A DNA stretch of 64,000 nucleotides from Actinomycetes bacterium. Lineage in GTDB: Bacteria > Actinomycetota > Acidimicrobiia > Acidimicrobiales > JAJYXR01. Positions 59,849 through 64,000 of this stretch are shown here, one piece after another. The DNA is taken from assembly GCA_021801795.1 (NCBI GenBank), contig JAJYXR010000007.1, positions 5,048-69,047 of the forward strand. The letters run 5' to 3'. The notes under the pieces were generated by a model that did not search any database, had not been told where the DNA came from, and worked only from the letters and a program-made list of their open reading frames with translations. How positions within the stretch are numbered: the first letter of the stretch is position 1; each line of letters starts with the position of its first letter. Both the position numbers and the translations under genes were made by a program.

Positions 59849-59921
59849 GGTCGGGTAGCTCAGTTGGTAGAGCGCGCGCCTGAAAAGCGCGAGGTCACCG
59901 GATCGACGCCGGTCCCGACCA
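59849..59921 (+). tRNA. tRNA-Phe (anticodon GAA) with an atypical T-loop (A at position 54)
   Basis: GGTCGGGTAGCTCAGTTGGTAGAGC-G-CGCGC-CTGAAAA-GCGCG-AGGTC-ACCGG-ATCGACG-CCGGT-CCCGACC-A. The T-loop reads ATCGACG instead of the usual TTCGA.. Confidence 0.85.
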
Positions 59922-60003
59922 CCGGGAAAATACAGGTCTGGCACCCGGAGGCTTCGGGCCAGTCATCGCGCTATCCCCGCCGCTGATACAGGTCCTCGTT
60001 AGG

Positions 60004-61563
60004 ATGCCTTCCATGAGCGTCACCGGGCCGGTAGGCCCCGTCCCCAGGGGCGGGCAGGAGGCCACCGTCACGCCCCTCGCGAGCGCCAGGAGCAGGCGCC
60101 CGCGAGGCACCACGTCCACCGTGAACTTCGGCTCCGGACGCCGCGAAGGCCACGATGCCTCGGCGTTCTACGACCGGTTCGTCCCCCCGGAGATCTCGAC
60201 CGACTCGGCCATAAACCTGCCGGCCGAGCTGGATGTCATCTACCAGGCCGACGCACGGGATATGGCGCGGGTGGTGTCGAGCTCGGTCGCGCTGGTGGTG
60301 ACGTCGCCGCCGTACTTCGCCGGGAAGCAGTACGAGGAGGATCTGGGCGTCGGCGGCGTTCCGGCCGACTACTTCGAGTACCTGGAGCTGCTCCGTGGTG
60401 TCTTTGCCGAGTGCAGGCGGGTGCTGGAGCCTGGTGGGCGGATCGCGGTGAACGTCGCGAACCTGGGCCGCCGTCCCTACCGCTCGCTGTCGGGCGACGT
60501 GACGGAGATCCTCCAGGACCTCGGCCTACTGCTCCGTGGCGAGGTGGTCTGGTGGAAGGGGCGCGCCGCGGGCGGCTCCTGCGCGTGGGGCACCTTCCAA
60601 CGGCCCTCGAACCCTGTGCTGAGGGACGTCACCGAGCGCGTGGTGATCGCCAGCAAGGGCCGCTTCGACCGAGCCCTCACGCCCGCGAAGCGGCTGGAGC
60701 GGGGCCTGCCATCCACCGCCACGATCTCGCGGGACGAGTTCATGGAGGCTACGACGGACCTCTGGGAGATCTCTCCTGAGAGCGCCACGCGCGTTGGCCA
60801 TCCTGCGCCGTTCCCGGTTGAGCTGCCGAAGCGGCTGATCGAGCTCTACACCTATGAGGGCGATGTGGTGCTGGATCCCTTCATGGGCTCGGGCAGCACC
60901 GCTGTCGCAGCTCTTGGAGCGGAACGTCACTACATCGGGTTCGACACAGACGCGGGCTACCTGGCCATCGCTGAACAGCGCATCGCCGAAGAGCGTCGTC
61001 GGATCGAGGCCGCCATGGATGACGCGAACAGGAGGTTCCGGGTCGAGCTGCCAGCGGTCGGCAGCACCGGTGAGAGCCTGGACTTCCAGACCCGGGCAGT
61101 CCGCGAGGGCCGCCAGGCCCGGGAGATCGCCGAGATACTTCTCGGCGCATCCGGGTTCGAGGACATCCGGGCCGAGGTGAAGCCGCGGGGCCTCGGAATC
61201 GTGCTGAGCTTCGTGGCGAGCGACCAGTCGGGCGAGGACTGGGCATTCGATGTCTCTGGGGCCTTCACCACGAGCCGAGCGGGGCTACGGCGGGCTGAGA
61301 CTCTGTGGAGGTCTCTCGCCAAGGCCGCGGTGCTCCACGAGAGCCAGGTCCAGGCTGGCAGCGGTGGACAGCGGGGACTACGACTCGTCCTGCTCACCAC
61401 CGACGCGCCGGCCAAGGGGACTGCCGGACATCAGGCCCTCCGGGTGATGCGAGGCGAGGGACGCCCCGTCTTCGACGTCATCGAGATCCTGAACGCCGAC
61501 GACCAGGCGCGACTTCGTGCCTACGCAAGCGGGATCCGAGAACTCCCTCAAGCGCCGTCGTAG
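60004..61563 (+). CDS. Orphan beta-class DNA methyltransferase (SPPY motif; N4-cytosine or N6-adenine) with an extra ~170-aa C-terminal domain
   Basis: Motif IV LVVTSPPYF precedes motif I VLDPFMGSGSTAVAA, which is the beta-class order. The C-terminal region (..GFEDIRAEVKPRGLGIVLSFVASD..DWAFDVSG..) belongs to no family I recognise. No restriction gene is adjacent. Confidence 0.8.
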   Translation: MPSMSVTGPVGPVPRGGQEATVTPLASARSRRPRGTTSTVNFGSGRREGHDASAFYDRFVPPEISTDSAINLPAELDVIYQADARDMARVVSSSVALVVTSPPYFAGKQYEEDLGVGGVPADYFEYLELLRGVFAECRRVLEPGGRIAVNVANLGRRPYRSLSGDVTEILQDLGLLLRGEVVWWKGRAAGGSCAWGTFQRPSNPVLRDVTERVVIASKGRFDRALTPAKRLERGLPSTATISRDEFMEATTDLWEISPESATRVGHPAPFPVELPKRLIELYTYEGDVVLDPFMGSGSTAVAALGAERHYIGFDTDAGYLAIAEQRIAEERRRIEAAMDDANRRFRVELPAVGSTGESLDFQTRAVREGRQAREIAEILLGASGFEDIRAEVKPRGLGIVLSFVASDQSGEDWAFDVSGAFTTSRAGLRRAETLWRSLAKAAVLHESQVQAGSGGQRGLRLVLLTTDAPAKGTAGHQALRVMRGEGRPVFDVIEILNADDQARLRAYASGIRELPQAPS

Positions 61564-62156
61564 TCGAAGCCGAGATCGGGAGCACCGAGGACTGCCCTGA
61601 AGGGGACTCCCTGGGAACCGAGCAGGTCCCCTGCCGCGCCCCCCCGGTCGACCAGCGCGAGGGCGAGCACCACCTCTGCCCCACACTCCCTGACGGCCTG
61701 GACGGCTTCGGCGAGCGAGGTGCCACGCGTGGTGGCGTCCTCGGTGACCACCACTCTGTCACCGGCGTCGAGCGCGCCGGCTATGCGTCCCCCGGCCCCG
61801 TGGTCCTTCACCTCCTTCCTCACGCTGAAGGCCTTCAGCTCCCGACCGACACCCGATGCGTAGGCGGCGGTCACGAAGCTGACCGGGTCAGCCCCCATGG
61901 TGAGCCCCCCGATGGCGGTGGCCTCGGCGGGGATCTCGGCCAGGACCGCCCGCGCGACGAGAAGCATGCCCGGAGGACGGCAGATGGTCTGCTTCGCATC
62001 TATGAACCACGGGGACCTCCGTCCGGACTTGAGCACGAAGTCGCCCCTGCGCACGGCGTGCTCCAGCAGGTGAGCCGTCAGGGCCTCCCTGAGCTGCGAG
62101 GTCGTGAGCGCTCCGAGCTCCCGCTCGGTAGAACGCCGAGCGCCGTCTGCGCTCAC
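61548..62156 (-). CDS. pyrE: Orotate phosphoribosyltransferase
   Basis: GGLTMGADPV, FSVRKEVKDHG and VVVTEDATTRGTSL (PRPP-binding loop) closely follow actinobacterial PyrE. The GTG at 62156 overlaps the purM stop (GTGA). Confidence 0.85.
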   Translation of the reverse strand: MSADGARRSTERELGALTTSQLREALTAHLLEHAVRRGDFVLKSGRRSPWFIDAKQTICRPPGMLLVARAVLAEIPAEATAIGGLTMGADPVSFVTAAYASGVGRELKAFSVRKEVKDHGAGGRIAGALDAGDRVVVTEDATTRGTSLAEAVQAVRECGAEVVLALALVDRGGAAGDLLGSQGVPFRAVLGAPDLGFDYDGA

Positions 62157-63277
62157 CAGGAGCCTTCCAAGACCACGCCGCCCGAGGAGTCCGGGGAGTC
62201 CGGGGAACCCGGGGAGCCCGGGGAACCCGGGGAGTCCGGGGAACCCGGGGAGCCCGGGAGCACACGGCCGACCTCGGCGGTGTCGTAGCCGAGGTCCTCG
62301 AGGAGCTTCCGCACCTCGGCTGAGGCGGAGTGCTCGACGACGAGGACCATGCCGAGGCCGAGGTTGAAGACCCGCTCCATCTCGCCGGGGTCGACCGGCC
62401 CGAGCCTCTCGATCTCGGCAAAGACCTTCGGCACCACCCAGCTCCCCCGCTCGACCAGTGCCGTGCAGGAGTCGGGTATGACCCGTGCGAGGTTCCCTGC
62501 TATGCCACCCCCGGTGACGTGCGCGGCCGCGTGGAGCGCGCCGGTGGCGAGTGCCCTGAGCACCCCGGGCGCGTAGATGACGGAGGGCCTGAGCAGCTCG
62601 TCACCGAGGCTGTGGCCGGCCCCCTCCCAGGCCGGACCGGCCAGATCGAGGCCAGCTCCCTCGATGAGCACGGCCCTGGCCAGCGAGTAGCCGTTCGAGC
62701 GCAGACCGGGCGAGCCGATGCCGACCAGCAGGTCCCCTGGCTGGACGCGATCTGGACCCAGCATCTGGTCGCGCTCGACTGCCCCGATGGCGAAGCCCGC
62801 CAGATCGAACCGGCCCTCCGGCATGGCGCCAGGGTGCTCTGCCATCTCGCCGCCTAGCAACGCGCAGCCGGCCTGACGGCAGCCTTCGGCGACACCGGCT
62901 ACCAGCTGCTCCACCTCTTCGGGGTCCAGTCGTGCGGTGGCCAGGTAGTCGAGGAGGAAGAGCGGCTCGGCCCCTAGGCAGACCAGGTCGTCGACGCACA
63001 TGGCCACCAGATCCACCCCGATGGTCCCGAAGCGTTTGAGCTCCTGGGCGACCAGCGACTTCGTACCGACCCCGTCGGTCGAGGCCACGAGAACCGGCTG
63101 GCGCCACCGCGACGGCTCCAGAGCGAAGCAGCCCCCGAAGCCGCCTATGGTGCCCAGGACCTCGGGACGCGAGGTGGAGGCCACGAGGCCCCGTATCCTC
63201 TCCACTGCTCGGTCGCCGGCAGCGATGTCTACGCCCGCGGCCTGGTAGGTGACCCCAGGGTCCAACGGGTCAGGCAT
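62153..63277 (-). CDS. purM: Phosphoribosylformylglycinamidine cyclo-ligase (AIR synthetase) with a C-terminal low-complexity extension
   Basis: YQAAGVDIAAGDRAVERI, GGFGG.F, DGVGTK and GGEMAEHPG are canonical PurM motifs. About 30 extra C-terminal residues are encoded by the 9-bp repeats. Confidence 0.9.
   Translation of the reverse strand: MPDPLDPGVTYQAAGVDIAAGDRAVERIRGLVASTSRPEVLGTIGGFGGCFALEPSRWRQPVLVASTDGVGTKSLVAQELKRFGTIGVDLVAMCVDDLVCLGAEPLFLLDYLATARLDPEEVEQLVAGVAEGCRQAGCALLGGEMAEHPGAMPEGRFDLAGFAIGAVERDQMLGPDRVQPGDLLVGIGSPGLRSNGYSLARAVLIEGAGLDLAGPAWEGAGHSLGDELLRPSVIYAPGVLRALATGALHAAAHVTGGGIAGNLARVIPDSCTALVERGSWVVPKVFAEIERLGPVDPGEMERVFNLGLGMVLVVEHSASAEVRKLLEDLGYDTAEVGRVLPGSPGSPDSPGSPGSPGSPDSPDSSGGVVLEGSW
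62184..62255 (-). repeat. 9-bp in-frame tandem repeat x8 (GGGGARYCC), encoding (PG/DS)n at the purM C-terminus
   Basis: Units run from 62184-92 through 62247-55 and translate on the minus strand as GSPGSPDSPGSPGSPGSPDSPDS. Confidence 0.9.
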
Positions 63278-64000
63278 TGGCTATGGAGCGATGGCCGGCC
63301 ACAGCCAGTGCATCCGCGCCGGCGAGCCCGCCGGCTGGCAGCGGAGCCAGCTCGATGCCGGCCTCGGCGGGGACGGCAGCAGGGTAGTGACCCGTCAGGC
63401 AGGCACTGCAGAAGCCCGCGTCTGCCACTCCGGTAGCCATGAGGAGGTTCTCGAGGGTCAGGTACTCGATGGAGTCGACGCCGAGGTACTCACGGATCTG
63501 GTCCACCGTGCGGCTGGAGGCCAGGAGCTCAGATCGCGTCGGGGTGTCTATGCCGTAGAAGCAGGGCCAGCCGAAGGGCGGCGAGGAGACCCTCAGGTGG
63601 ACCTCGACAGCCCCCGCCTCCCTCAGCATCCTCACCATCGATCGGGTGGTGGTGCCGCGCACTATGGAGTCGTCGACCACGACGAGTCGCTTCCCGGTTA
63701 TGTTCTCCCGCAGGGGGTTCAGCTTGCGGCGCACGCCAGCAGCACGGGCTTCCTGGCCGGGGGTTATGAAGGTCCTCCCGATGTAGCGGTTCTTCACCAG
63801 TCCCTGACCGTAGGGGATCCCGCTGCGGAGCGCGTAGCCCTCGGCAGCGGGGAGACCCGAGTCGGGTACCCCCATCACCATGTCCGCCTCCACCGGAGCC
63901 TGGGTCGCCAGCAGCTCGCCCATGCGGCGCCGGGTTCCGTGCACCTCCCTGCCGTAGAGGCGACTGTCCGGCCGGGCGAAGTACACGAACTCGAAGATGC
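63270..64000 (-). CDS. purF: Amidophosphoribosyltransferase (5' part lies beyond the window end; partial)
   Basis: ..FVYFARPDS..GVPDSG..A.GYA..SGIPY..GLVKNRYIGRTFI.P.Q..R...VR.KLNP......GKR.V.VDDSIVRGTT are PurF hallmarks. The frame stays open to position 64000. Confidence 0.85.
   Translation of the reverse strand, partial: IFEFVYFARPDSRLYGREVHGTRRRMGELLATQAPVEADMVMGVPDSGLPAAEGYALRSGIPYGQGLVKNRYIGRTFITPGQEARAAGVRRKLNPLRENITGKRLVVVDDSIVRGTTTRSMVRMLREAGAVEVHLRVSSPPFGWPCFYGIDTPTRSELLASSRTVDQIREYLGVDSIEYLTLENLLMATGVADAGFCSACLTGHYPAAVPAEAGIELAPLPAGGLAGADALAVAGHRSIANA

Noticed and set aside
59922-60003. Integration scar or att site after tRNA-Phe (ATACAGGTC 9-mer at 59930-59938 and 59986-59994)
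   Set aside because: The repeat is too short and does not duplicate the tRNA 3' end. No integrase or second copy of the tRNA terminus was seen downstream, so there is insufficient evidence for a mobile element call.
42663-62255. The tandem repeat arrays considered as possible CRISPR arrays
   Set aside because: The units are directly adjacent with no unique spacers, they are shorter than typical CRISPR repeats, no cas genes are present, and most arrays are in frame within ORFs.
51880-62288. Other long shadow ORFs: 51699-52547 +, 51880-52863 +, 55202-55987 -, 55748-57196 +, 57528-58550 -, 57718-58647 -, 61305-62288 +
   Set aside because: Each lies opposite or out of frame to a gene with unmistakable family motifs (sulfotransferase, serS, ctaB, ctaA, pyrE/purM).

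Overview
High-GC (roughly 68-70%) actinobacterial-type chromosome segment. Supporting markers are a Glu-Asp-Phe tRNA cluster, clpS-DUF2017, senX3-regX3, ctaA/ctaB, ppgK and purF-purM-pyrE; the exact lineage cannot be determined from sequence alone. Layout: (1) 1-1721 is an edge-truncated minus-strand gene for a secreted Asp-box propeller/IPT protein; it is missing from the supplied ORF track and I confirmed it by hand translation. (2) 1.8-8.9 kb is a tungstate/molybdate-type uptake locus: one WtpA/ModA-like ABC importer, an HTH+PBP regulator, and two flanking TAT-lipoprotein TupA-like binding proteins with Gly/His-rich loops. (3) 9.0-15.0 kb encodes a ~1990-aa Thr/Ser-rich repeat protein, a candidate S-layer or surface glycoprotein, ending in three copies of an unnamed 'RICDTR' module. 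(4) 15.4-38.2 kb is a surface-glycan island with a nucleotide-sugar dehydrogenase, six or more GT4/GT1 genes, GT2s, a CHST-like sulfotransferase, a multidomain GT/methyltransferase, WecA-like and O-antigen-ligase-like proteins and a CmcI-type methyltransferase. It is interrupted by a duplication-scarred segment holding a vapBC module, an internally deleted epimerase pseudogene and a heptad-repeat protein. (5) 38.4-42.7 kb is housekeeping (ppgK, DD-carboxypeptidase, bluB, amidase). (6) 42.6-49.1 kb is a tightly coupled five-gene T4SS-like operon with no relaxase or integrase, and is my top candidate for an uncharacterised system. (7) 49.3-64.0 kb is housekeeping plus an orphan SPPY DNA methyltransferase next to tRNA-Phe. 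A recurring theme is unrelated short tandem repeats (9, 13, 15, 21, 24 bp and tetranucleotide) at gene termini and in intergenic regions. Most other long ORFs in the track are opposite-strand or off-frame GC shadows. All family assignments rest on motif recognition by eye; no searches were run.
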